The notes under the pieces were generated by a model. The model saw only the letters and a list, made by a program, of their open reading frames with translations. It did no database searches and was not told where the DNA came from. Shown in pieces: positions 12,731-24,170 of a stretch of 64,000 bases of DNA. This DNA is from Eledone cirrhosa (lineage: Eukaryota): NCBI GenBank assembly GCA_964016885.1, contig OZ024743.1:150908001-150972000 (forward strand), given 5' to 3'. The position numbers and the translations under genes were made by a program. The stretch's first letter is position 1. The number at the start of each line of letters is the position of its first letter.

Positions 12731-12986
12731 TGGTTTCTATCTTCCACCTCTAATACTAAGTGCTATGGTATGGGGAAGCAAATACATACTGCTTTATCTC
12801 TTGTTTTCCCCATGGAAGCCTTTGTAAGCAAACAAAGTATGTTTATTACAGTAGCAGTTTGTATCATTTCAATTAAATGAGAAGGCTCACCCCTTTCAGT
12901 ATCAAAACACCAAAACTACTATAAGTCATATGTTACCAAACATCCAAATCAGTCTGCTCTTACTGATTGATATTTACACCAAAATA

Positions 12987-13169
12987 CAGACCTGCCAACC
13001 TCTAAAGTACCATGGAAAAAAGTACCTCAATACAGGGATAAATGAGACAAAATGGGGGGGGGGGGTTAACGTAATGAAAGCTATACCCATTTTCACAAGA
13101 GGAGACATCTCTCATCCACCCCAAAGTGGGTGGGAGATCTCCCCGTTGGAAAGGGAGTTGACAGGTCTG
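12987..13169. mobile_element. 183-bp MITE with 13-bp TIRs (hAT-like termini)
   Basis: CAGACCTGCCAAC ... GTTGACAGGTCTG (1 mismatch), flanked by a 23-bp direct repeat. Confidence 0.75.
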
Positions 13170-13202
13170 TGATTGATATTTACACTAAAATATCAACATA
13201 AA

Positions 13203-13395
13203 TAATTGTTTCTACTTTAGGCACAAGGCCAGCAATTAATTACCCAGTACATTACTGGTACTTTATTTTATCGACCCCGTAAGGATGAAAGGCAAAGTTA
13301 ACCTCGGCGGGATTTGAACTCAGACTGTAAAGGGACGTAACTATGCTAGAAAGCATGGCGTCCAACCCCCTACCGATACTGCCAATTCACCGCCC
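13203..13395 (-). mobile_element. Young tRNA-derived SINE (subfamily A), full length, 16-bp TSD
   Basis: A box TGGCAGTATCGG, B box GTTCAAATC, core GCCTTTCATCCTTACGGGGTCGATAAAAT. TSD TATCAACATAAATAAT at 13191-13206 and 13397-13412. Confidence 0.92.
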
Positions 13396-14578
13396 TTATC
13401 AACATAAATAATAAGTGACAATATGGGATTTAGCTAGATAAACACTTATTGTATATCTTTCAACATTGTTAAGGTAGGAACTTTGCATTATTAAAATGTT
13501 TTGGTTATTTCCCCCACTATTCTTTTATTTAATTCTTCTCGTTTTTTTAATTATAGAAGTTTCTGCTTTAGTAATAGTGACTCTGAATTTGAATGACTTT
13601 CAAAGAAAGAAACAGCTGCAACAAATAAAAGTTTCAACAAGCATAACACACGATCAACTTTAAACCAGATATTTTTAATTTCCAACAGTGACAACAACCC
13701 ATGAAAGTGATCATGAATTGATCACAGATAGAAAATACACTGAAAAAGTTTTTAATATTTCAATTCTAAGTTTTGAATTTATTTTTTAGAGGACAGACAA
13801 ATTCTGCTTAATTATGTTAGTCAGTCATTATGGGTCAGCTTGTGTGTGTATTTATGTGTGTGTGTTTTGTGTATGTGGTAATTTATTTCAGTTTATAATC
13901 TTTAAACATTTTATCAAATGACAGTAATTCATACTATTTTACCTGTTTTATATGAACTCAAGTAAAAGTGAAAACAATAATGTGCATAATTCTTCTTTGT
14001 AGTCCTTTACAACATTTCTATTATTTATCCTAGCTGATTATTGGCTAATAACTCACTTTATATGGTGATATTAAACAAAATTTTAATAATTTTACATTTC
14101 ACTGGTTTTACACAGACTTACCTGTAATTACATTTTTTTCTTTTGAGACAGAAAATTATATTAGAATTTTGTAAAAACATTTTGTTAAGTTGTATTCTAA
14201 ATGAACTTTTAATATTTTAATCAATGAATAAATAAATAAATAAATTATAAGGGTTTTGCAAAACCTACCTGAATTCAAGACTATTTTAGAATTAATTGAA
14301 ATAGAAACATAGTAATAGAATAGCTAAAGTATTTTTATAAGAGATATACCTTGATATTTCTGTCAGTAAACTGAGATACATACAATCTAGACAACTGAAT
14401 TATACAGCAATAGTTTACAATAGATAATTAATTAAGTTTAATATTCTAAAATAAGCATTTCTGTTGAGAAAGTAATTTTAGTTATTTTTTTACTTCAAGG
14501 AAATAATGTCAACATCCTTTGTATGCCCTCCAATACTTAGAAATTATCAAAACATATTAAGGTTAAGTTCATTTATGA

Positions 14579-14809
14579 TTAACTCTTTCATTACTATATT
14601 TATAATGAAAGACATTGCTTATAGTTTTCAAATGATTTTAAAATAATCAAGTATATAATGGGGTTTAGTAAGTTGGTTTCTGTAATATAACTTTTTTACA
14701 TAAAATTATGATGGGAGTTTTTTTTAGATAAATACAAATATTTTAAAATATACAGCTAAGTATCTTAGCATCAGAGGCAGTTCAGGCAGCTTGGTATGAA
14801 TGGGGTTAA
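14579..14809 (+). mobile_element. piggyBac-like MITE, copy 3
   Basis: TTAA-CTCTTT...TGGGG-TTAA; the interior aligns to 4125-4370. Confidence 0.65.
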
Positions 14810-14849
14810 TATAAATTATTGTAGTTTAGCAGATGGACCAATACATTGG

Positions 14850-15950
14850 GAAAAAGAAAATTGCAGAGAATGCTGTTCCAGAGAGGTAAAATCAAGCAAA
14901 GTATTCAATATAGAGCCAACTCCAGGTGGAAGTTATGAAAAACGGAGAGGCGAGTACATTAACTAAATTTTAGATAAAAATATGGCAAAGGCAGGAAATT
15001 TACAGACCATGTAATACACAAATATATTTTTTTTCTGGGAATTTCTTTTTCAGTTTGAAGTGTTGAAGATTGATTTTTGCATGTACAACAGCAATAGCAG
15101 CAACATTTCTGATTAGATAATGAAGGTAATTAGTTTTCAGGGTTGAGAAATATATAGAATGTTGAGGAACAAACCTAGGAGGAATGTTTTGTTATTTAAT
15201 TGGATGTTTTAACTAGAGACACACTCAATTATATTTACTACTATAGGTAATAGAATAGGTGTAGCAATGACAAAGAAACCATATCAAGATCATATAGAGA
15301 CGAGAAATTTAGATAGAAAGGGAGATGTAATTATAACTTAATGTCTGGAGAATTATATAACAGCATAAGCCCAAAGTAGAAGATTCTCATATTAAACATA
15401 ATCAAGTCAAAGCATACTTTTAGCAAAGTTTTCAGGGATGAAAGATCACTGATATTTCATGATATAAAAACCATACTAGTTGCCATTTAAAGAGGTTATG
15501 AAGAATGCTGTTGTTTATCAACCTATTTCTAATACCTTTGAGGTGAGGGCAAATAGAACAGTAGCTGACAAGGTCAGAGAGGAAGGGAATATATCCTTGC
15601 ATACTTCCCAAGAGTGAAATAGATCACCACAGAATTAAGATTGAAAAGTTTGATGAAAATAGAAACTAGATCTAGAATGCAATGTTTCAAGGTAATTTGA
15701 GGAACATAATCAAAACAAGTCATTTTTATCATACTAGGGTTAATGGAGACATTTTCACATTTAGTGACAAATGGTAAGAAACTTAAAATGAATATTTTAG
15801 ATATTTCTAAATCTCTCAATAATTTCAATAGCATACAGTTTTCTTTGAAATTTTCAATGCAATCTTGTTAAGCAGGCAGTAAACAGAACTACAGGCAGCT
15901 CAATGTATTCTCTGAATGAAGCCTGAGTGACTAAATTCTTAAATCTATTA
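14850..15950 (-). mobile_element. Highly degenerate CR1/Jockey-group LINE RT remnant
   Basis: Minus-strand traces of YGF (~15475), AFD (~15410) and LWNS (~14880), with many stops. The family assignment is tentative. Confidence 0.4.
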
Positions 15951-16409
15951 ATCTTTTCAATAGTGCAAGGAGCTCAGTTTTAATCTAGCCATGTTATAAA
16001 TATATAGCTTAAAACTAAACCATTCAAACTTGCTGTATGTTTGTAGGTGTGATATTCTTTTCCTTACTGTAGTTCATTAGGAATTCCATTATTTCTTTAA
16101 AAAGAAACAATTGCATGATTAAAGTATATAATGTAGTTTTAGGCAGATCTAAAGCTATCAAACCTTGTGTTTTTATTATGCACATACATACACACATATG
16201 CATGTACACTAAAGTACGAAGACATATATGGAATAAATAATTGGTATTTCATTACCATAAGATGTTTTCTATTAGCACAAGGTATTAATTGATAAAACAG
16301 TTTACTAACAATATCTATGTGCATTCAATTCTGTTAGATTGGGTCAAAGTAAAGGCATAAGCCAATTCAACTTAGATGTCACAATTCATTTCTGCATCTG
16401 AGGGAATTA

Positions 16410-16485
16410 TGTCTTGCCCAAGGACACAATACCCCACCCAGTCCAGGAATCCAGTACTCTACCCACTAAGCCACATGCCTTCACA
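16410..16485 (-). mobile_element. Old tRNA/CORE-like SINE head fragment
   Basis: The reverse complement GAAGGCATGTGGCTTAGTGG...TGTGTCCTTGGGCAAGAC matches the head of 49870-50185. Confidence 0.55.
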
Positions 16486-18182
16486 AAGGTAAATATCAGA
16501 TAATAATAATAATTTAAAATACATTCAAATCAAAACTTCATGCTGAGAATTAAATAGATATTTTGAGACTTAACAGTTAGTGGTAATACATTTAGGGACT
16601 AACCATATAAAATATTGAGATTGACATCAAAGGAAATGATTTATTCAGAATTGAGGTCTCAGATTTATAGGAAGCAATAATGAGATATTTTTGTTACATT
16701 TGTTTTTTACCAAAATCACTAACACCATAAGTGACATCACATGTAACCAGAGTCTTTAAGAACATTCATTATATGATAAAATGATCATTGTAGAAGAAAT
16801 TGATTGGGAACAGAAAAGAGAAATAGAAAGAAGGTTGAGAATGAGAATATGACATTCCCATAATGTCATATTTAAATTAGTTTATTGTTAAAGGTAATTC
16901 ATGATAACAGACAAATTATCTACAAATATTATTTGTATAATTATTATATAATATAAAAATGTATAACTTAATTCAAGTTTCAAAAATGTTCATAGATTTA
17001 TTACTATGAAAGAAAAGTTATAAACAATAAAATTTCTCAAGAATTATAACGTTATACTATCTATATCAAATAGCTGTTATTTATATTTGGGTCTGAGTAT
17101 ATAATATTATTACATAAATAGAATTCAAATTATTGTCTACATATACTTCATTTTCCTTTTTATGTAATTAATTATATCTATTTCATATGAATACATCCCT
17201 ACCAAGATATTTTTTAATATGTTTAATACTTTCTAAATAAACTGAACATTTCATAAAGAAAAAAAATTAATCCAGCAAAGAACTTATAAACAATTTCTTG
17301 TATAAAAAATATCAAGAAAAAAATAATTCTGAAATTTTAAATCGCTTATTAAAATTTGTTTGTTTATTTTCATCTGAAATTAAAAATACTTTGAAGATGA
17401 TAGAAATAAAGGAACTTAAATGAAGCTCTATGACAACCATTCTAGTTATAAAGAGTAGAATGTAAAGGAATGGATCAAAGGAAAATATGTGTAGCAAAAT
17501 GAGAAATCATGTTTAAAAATAAACTATTAAAATGTGAATAGATTATACATATAAAGATATTAAGAAAACAGTACATGATTACCCAGAAAAGATTTTGAAA
17601 TAGCATCAATAATACATTAAACCCTCTATGGGAAAATAAATTGATCATTAGTTTCCTAAAATGATGAAAACCTTCATAAAGTTGTGAATTAATAAGATAT
17701 TCATAAAATATATTTCTTTAAAATATGTTGGTTTATTTTTTTATTATTTTAGGGAAGTTTATAAATAAAATATGCAAATTAAATATTAAGCCTTTCTAAC
17801 ATCCTCAGTGAATGAAGCATTGTTAGTATTCTATAGAAAATAATTAATTAATGACATTGAAAGCATAATTTAATAGAATATAAATTAATTCCTGTACATT
17901 TTGAAATTAACTAATCAGTTTTTTTTATAAGTGTTGTAAAAAAGGTCTTTAAAAAGTTCACAGATAATGAAGATTTAAAACTGGAATTACTTTCATTAAT
18001 CTAAATATTTGATGCTGTAAATCATATTTTTAGACAAAGTAAATTCTGACAAAAGAGCACATAGTCACTTGGATTAACTGAAATATTAAACTACTGATGA
18101 AGTCTTAAGTCTTCAGACCAAAACAATTCCTTATAAACTTGCTATTTATACCTGATGTTAAAATATTTCTCTCTCCTGCAAT

Positions 18183-18771
18183 ATTCTGTTTGTGTTTTAA
18201 AAGGGGAGATAATTGGAAAAAAAGCTTGGATGGAAATTATTTTCATATAGGCATCAGTCAACAAAATATGAACTTCATAGATCCCAATCATCTGGGCAGT
18301 GATACTCCATTAATAAATTATGGATAGGTTTGTGCCATTAAGAGACACCCTATGCAGTTGATTGGCATGCTAGAAATAGCAACTAAATCTCCCTCAAACT
18401 ACACACCGCTAGCTTTAAAAATGGAAGAAAGAAACATTAGATAATGCAGTTCAAAATACTTTAAAAAAGATGGGATTATCATACCTGGAATCATTCATTC
18501 ATTTCATTTCATTGAAATGTTTCTTTCTTCCATTTTTAAAGCTAGCAGTGTGTAGTTTGAGGGAGATTTAGTTGCTATTTCTAGCATGCCAATCAACTGC
18601 ATAGGGTGTCTCTTAATGGCACAAACCTATCCATAATTTATTAATGGAGTATCACTGCCCAGACGATTGGGATCTATGAAGTTCATATTTTGTTGGCTAA
18701 TGCCTATATGAAAATAATTTCCATCCAAGCTTTTTTTCCAATTATCTCCCCTTTTAAAACACAAATGGAAT
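18183..18771. repeat. Near-perfect inverted repeat: 256-bp arms (18183-18438, 18516-18771), 77-nt spacer
   Basis: Direct reverse-complement comparison gave about 6 mismatches, all transitions. Confidence 0.96.
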
Positions 18772-18829
18772 GTATTTCATAAGTCTTATTACTCAGTATT
18801 GGTCAGTCTAGGGTTAAATAACAACAGAG

Positions 18830-19043
18830 AAGGGACTGCAGATAGTGTTTAATGGGGGAATTGGTAGATAAGACAAGATAGGGATGATTATAGGACATAG
18901 AAGTGTTACTGAGAACTACTATATCTGAGGGCTGGTGGTTGTAGATGTGAGAGAGTCATGTAGGATGTGTGTGGATGATGCTTGCATATTATAGTCCTCC
19001 AGGCAGAAATAGACATGGGAACATCATGATGATAATGATGATG

Positions 19044-19094
<51 letters not shown>

Positions 19095-20117
19095 TAGTTG
19101 CTTGACAAGTTCTCCATGGCTTGAAGCCCACCCTATTATCAAGCACTTCACAGGGGAAAGGGGGACTGCCAGGAATGCATGTGGGGTGTTGAAGTAGTGA
19201 AGTTGAGAATAACTGTTAGGGACTGTTAGTGGAAGGGGGCAAGGTAGGTCAGGTCACATTGTAAGCTATAGGTCATGTCTTCTTCAGCACTGCGTAGCAC
19301 CAGCCCTCACAGTATTTCTGTTGTAAAGTCTAGCTTTCTAAGGTCAGTCCTTACAACCATACCCATGTCTTCCTGGGTCTGCCTCTTCCATGGGTCCTGG
19401 CCAAGATTTTGCCCCAGTTTTCTTATGCTATGTTGCTCATGCACACTAACATTGCACATCCATTGGAGCATACTCAACTCATTTCTTTCTGGGCCCCTGC
19501 AGGTCTTGTGCAATTAAGGCCCATGTTTCACTGCCATGTAACATTGCAGTTCGTACACGAGCATCATACAATCCATCCTTCACTCTAAGAGGGAAGCATT
19601 TTGTTGTTAGCAGTGGTAGTAGATCTCAAAACTTCTTCCAGCCTGTTCTTATCCTAGCTATCACATGTTCAGTGCATCCTCCCCACCACTAATTTGATCA
19701 CCTAGGTAGCAAAAGCAGTCAACAACTTCTAGAGAGCTCCCTGGGCAGCCGAAGGAATCCATTTCACATGTGATCTTTGTGCTTACTTCCGCTTAGCATC
19801 TGCAATACCACTACATCTCTTGTGCTTCCATACTTTCCAAGTAGTACAGGATGGTGTTGTACTTTATTGGGTATGACACCATCCTGTACTACTTGATTAA
19901 CCATGCGTCTGACTAGTTCATATCCTACCATGCCAAATGTTTTTCCTGCCTTTGTGTCCTTAATTACTTTATCAATTATACTGCTGGCAATTATGGGTAA
20001 TCCCTCAGTAGGATCTGCATGGGATAGGCCTTCACTGTCCCATTCATTTTCCTCGTTCAGCAGTCTCTCATAGTAAGTCTTCCATGCCTCTTTCTTTTTA
20101 TTGTCAGACAGGGCAAA
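18830..20117 (-). mobile_element. RTE family A copy with internal deletions and pyrimidine-rich 3' UTR
   Basis: ORF 19307..19513 reads ERNELSMLQWMCN. 19520-19830 is homologous to ~3190-3545 and 19940-20117 to ~2145-2320. Confidence 0.8.
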
Positions 20118-20226
20118 TATATATATATATACTCATAGAAAAAATTGTAAAAATTAAAGATTGAATTTGAATAATAACCTTGGGTTTGGGGGGGGGGGGG
20201 GGTATTGACACATATATATATATATG

Positions 20227-20285
<59 letters not shown>

Positions 20286-20378
20286 TCAATACAAAAAAGA
20301 AAACCCCAAAAACCCAAGGTTATTATTCAAATTCAATCTTTAATTTCTACAATTTTTTCTATGAGTATATATATATAT
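20118..20378. repeat. ~260-bp palindrome with a (TA)n centre and (TA)n ends
   Basis: ACTCATAGAAAAAATTGTAAAAATTAAAGATTGAATTTGAATAATAACCTTGGGTTT (20131-20188) is the reverse complement of 20310-20367 with 1 mismatch. Confidence 0.92.
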
Positions 20379-21742
20379 GATAGAATTATACCTGAAATTA
20401 GAAGTTTGGCCCCTCTTGCACTGTGGAACAATTCTTTCGCGGTCATTGATTGGTTCAACGGCATATGCAACAAGGAACATTGCCGTTTTATCCAATTCGA
20501 CATCAATAATTACTACTCCTCCATCACTTTACCACTTCTCTTTAGAGCTATCAATTTGGCTAAAACACTCACAGTGGTTAAGGATTTCGAAGTTGATGTC
20601 ATCCTCAATGCCCGTAAGTCAGTGATTAATTTAAACAACTCTATTTGGATTAAAAAATCCAATAGTACCCTATTCGACGTGAGTATGGGCGCCAGCGATT
20701 CTGCGGAGGTTACTGATCTTATCGGCCTTTTCCTTCTTTTCTCTATCAAGGAAGAATTCCTCAACGTGGGCGGTGATTTGTACCGTGATGATGGTCCTTT
20801 GACCATGACTAAGTGCGGCCCACGTGCTTGCGACAGGTTCAGAAAAGAACTCACAGCCTTCTTTAAAAGCTTCAACCTCTCCATACAGGTTGAGGCCAAT
20901 CTCTCGGTCGTTAATTACCTCAATGTTACCCTCCATTTATCGAATGGCTTTCATTACCCATATAGAAAGCCGAATGATACGCTTAATTACATAAGTAAGC
21001 TTTCTAACCATCCTGCCAGCATAACCAACTACGAGAATAGACCTAGAAGAAATATATCCCGACGCATTATATGGTATAACCCACCATATAATATGGAGGT
21101 GGCCACACCATTAGCTAAGATCTTTCTCTCCCTTATTATGAAGCATTTTCCCCCTACACATATATATAGTAAAATTTTCAACAGAAATACTATTAAAATT
21201 TCTTACTCTACGACTCCTAGCCTTGCACATAACATCACAGCTTCAAATTTAGCTAAACTACCTAGTCGTAGGAACACGTGCAACCCTGTAGTTAGTACTA
21301 ACTGTAATTGTAGGAATTGGGTTGACTGCCCCTATCCGGGAAATGCCTCTCTAGTAACATTGTCTACAAATGTAAGGTTGAAACACTCATGTCCCGTAGG
21401 GCCTACATAGGGTTAACCGCCAATAGATTCAAGCAGCGTCTTTACATGCATACCCATTCTTTTCGTTACCCTTTAAGAAGGAATATGACGTCAGTTTCAG
21501 CTTATATCTGGAGTCTAAAAGACAACCATACCCAATATAAGTTACACTGGGAGATCCTTGCTAGGGCTAGATCGTATAACGGAAATAAAAGACCATGTGA
21601 CCTCTGTGCCACTGAGGCTCTGGAAATACTCTACGCCAAAGACCACATCTTAAACAAAAAATCTGAGGCAATTTCGGCTTGTAAACATAAATTGCACAAA
21701 ACTTTCCTGTATTACAGCCCCACGTTATACCCTAACGGATAG
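20379..21742 (+). pseudogene. PLE RT + GIY-YIG endonuclease ORF, broken by a 1-nt frameshift at ~21331
   Basis: Motifs: FIQFDINNYYSSI, MGASDSAEV, LYRDDG (20778-20795), SNHP, IIWYNPP, KIFNRNTIKISYS and CNCRNWVDCP. After the shift: GKCLSSNIVYKC...AYIGLT..RFKQR...H...CDLCATE...LNKKSE...CKH. Confidence 0.9.
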
Positions 21743-22126
21743 TACGAACTATACGCGAATATTTTACGTCTTGATGTGGTAGCTAAGTATATGTTATATT
21801 TATACCATTACTTATTTGTATAGGTAAGTATATATTACCTGTATGTTTTATGAAGGTACATATACCTCCTCGTACGTATATTGATTGTATGTGTTATGGC
21901 GTATATATTATATATTCTGGTACATATGCTTTTGGTTATGTGTATACGTGAGTTTTGCGTCTGTGTGAGTATGCGGGTTTGTACGTATGTAGGGTGTGTG
22001 TATACGTGTACTCCGTGTTTTGGTTGACGTACGTCTCCGAATATATGTGTATTTACATGTAGATATGTGTGTGCGCTTGTTATATACGTATTTATTTATA
22101 TACGTTTATTTAATTATATGTATACA

Positions 22127-22157
<31 letters not shown>

Positions 22158-22450
22158 TAATATATATATTTTTTTATATATATTTTTGTGTGTATTTGGT
22201 GTATACATTCGTATGCGTGCGGATACAGGCGTTGAGTGGGTTCTGTATGTGCGTGTGGTTTGTTTTTTTTGTGTACATGCGTGTATTTGTATACCTATGG
22301 CGAGTGTTTTCGCGTATGCTTGTGTATGTACGTATATGGATGCGTGTATGTATTTATTTCAATTACCTCTATTTTATTTACTTTATTTTTAACTCTGAAG
22401 CCGAGAATCATTCGGTTTCCTAGTTAGAATTGTAGTCTATGACTTAAGTT

Positions 22451-22705
22451 ATACCATTTACGTGGTTTTGTCTTTGCGTGCAATTGTTCTCCCCGCTCCA
22501 CATATGACGTATTATCTTGGTTTTTTCCGTTCATTGCCTGAGAACGTCTCTATGAACCACCTAATAGAAAATTTGTCTACGACTTCTTTTATACCATAAA
22601 CGTGGTTTTGTCTTTGCGTGTAATTGTTTTTCACCGCTCCAAATAATGACGTATTATATTCGGTTTTTCCCATTCTTTGCCAGGGAACGTTTCCACGAAC
22701 CAAAG
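22451..22705. repeat. ~140-bp-period tandem duplication in the PLE 3' UTR
   Basis: ATACCAT..ACGTGGTTTTGTCTTTGCGTG.AATTGTT...CCGCTCCA...ATGACGTATTAT occurs at 22451 and 22591. Confidence 0.85.
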
Positions 22706-22764
22706 TATCGTCTTCCTGTCTTCCTCCGGTTGCAACGTTTTTTGAAATATTCACTTCTGCGTTC

Positions 22765-22840
22765 ACAGATTGACTTTGTTAGTTTCAGAAGATCCCGTTA
22801 AGGGTGAAAGCAGCGATTCTTTGCTTAAACTTTAATCTGT
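22765..22840 (+). ncRNA. Type I hammerhead ribozyme-like motif with variant core (CAGAAGA)
   Basis: Stem I is AGTTT/AAACT plus distal ACAGATTGA/TTAATCTGT. Core CAGAAGA at 22786-22792, stem II CCC/GGG, GAAA at 22806-22809, stem III AGCA/TGCT, triplet CUU. Confidence 0.7.
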
Positions 22841-22929
22841 TATTTTAATAAATATTTGCTCTACGGTTCATATATATATTTGATATATATTTACCCTTAT
22901 CGAGCCCTCCTTGGATTTTAGTCTTCAAA

Positions 22930-22973
<44 letters not shown>

Positions 22974-22984
22974 ATATATATATA

Positions 22985-23320
22985 ATCATCATCATTATTT
23001 AACTTCCACTTTCCTTGCTAGAAAGGTTTGGATAGGTCTACATAGACCAAGTCTATAGTGAAGTGGAGCCCCTGACGTCCCAGACTGGGCGAAGATATAT
23101 GTATCCCTCTCACATACAGTCATTATTGAATGAAAAGGAGAAGTTATTGCGTCTTTTGACACAAACTGAAGGATCCTCCTAACCCTTTGTTTGGCAAGCT
23201 TTCTACAACTGGATGCCCTTCATAAAACCACCTTTACAGCTTGTACTTGGTGCTTTTATTGTGTAGATCACCAGCACAAGGGAGGGTGTCATGTCCTTGA
23301 CATTACCAAAGTTGCAATAA
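22985..23320 (-). mobile_element. Degenerate RTE-tailed SINE / RTE 3' UTR
   Basis: Starts with a (TCA)n tail and contains TTCTACAACTGGATGCCCTT...TGGTGCTTTTA. Aligns with 59587-60045. Confidence 0.65.
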
Positions 23321-23464
23321 GACATATAATTAAGTGGTGACAACAATTCCTATTCCTTAATCATATTACACTGTGCTTTTGAATAAAGAAAAAAATACCA
23401 CAATTCTTGCTTGTTCTGTTATTTAATTGTTAATAGGTATTATTTGATAGAGCTTGCCAGTTTC

Positions 23465-24170
23465 TTCTTAGTCTTAGGCTCTTCCACGCCTTTCGGCGCA
23501 TTGAGCAGTAAGTAGTGACCAATGATCTTGACCAGTAGCAGCAGCTTTTTTGTGTCCGTGCTAAGTGATGTTAACTGTCATCAGTTCTTTTTAGAACGTT
23601 CATCGCCAGGTGAACCTGGGGTGACCCCGCTTCTATTTACCTCCAGGTGGAGTCCAGTTCACTGCCATTTGGAGTCCAGATCATCGCCATTTTTGAGTGT
23701 TGTTCATCGGGCAGGTGCAGAATATGGCCTGCCAGATGGCACCAGCATACCATGACTTCCCTCTGCAGCATCCACATCTCGGCTCTCCGCAGGATTTCCT
23801 CATTTCGCATTCGGTCACACAAAGGATCCTTCACGGGCATCGCTGGTGGAATGTGTTCAGCCATTTCTCCACCCTTGCCATGCTCTTCCAGGTTTCACTC
23901 GCATAAAGTACTGTTAGCAGCACGATCTCTTGTACAGGTATAGCTTGATCATGGTGCTGATGCATGAAGACAACCTAACTAGGCACATCTACTGGAAAAC
24001 TGTGGCTCCTTTGTTGGCCTGACAGTTGATGTCGAGCTCAACATCACCATTGTTTGCCAAGATGGTGACCAGATAGGTGAAGTGTTCAACTTCTTCCAGG
24101 TCTTGTTAGTTGACTCTGATTGCTGGATCTGTGTTGTTGGCTGTCCTCATCACCTTGGTCTCTTTGTTAG
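23465..24170 (-). mobile_element. RTE/BovB-like LINE 3' fragment (fourth family) with (CTAAGA)n tail
   Basis: The minus strand gives EEVEHFTYLV (~24080) and RNEEILRRA...AGHIL...AMIWTP (ORF 23637..23864). TCTTAGTCTTAG at 23466-23477. Confidence 0.8.

Larger units (their letters stand above)
20379..22935 (+). mobile_element. Penelope-like element (C-terminal EN+, probably Hydra clade), 5'-truncated, with long 3' UTR/pseudo-LTR
   Basis: Shows an RT, a CxCx5C linker, a GIY-YIG endonuclease and a hammerhead-like motif near the 3' end. It is bounded by (TA)n and (ATT)n tracts. Confidence 0.9.

Noticed and set aside
18090-18135. CTGATGA-AGTCT...AGAC-CAAAA hammerhead-like trace
   Set aside because: GAAA is absent and stems I and III are not convincing.
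20205-20378. N-terminal part of the 401-aa ORF
   Set aside because: It is read-through of (TA)n and the palindrome arm. The PLE-like protein starts at ~20379.
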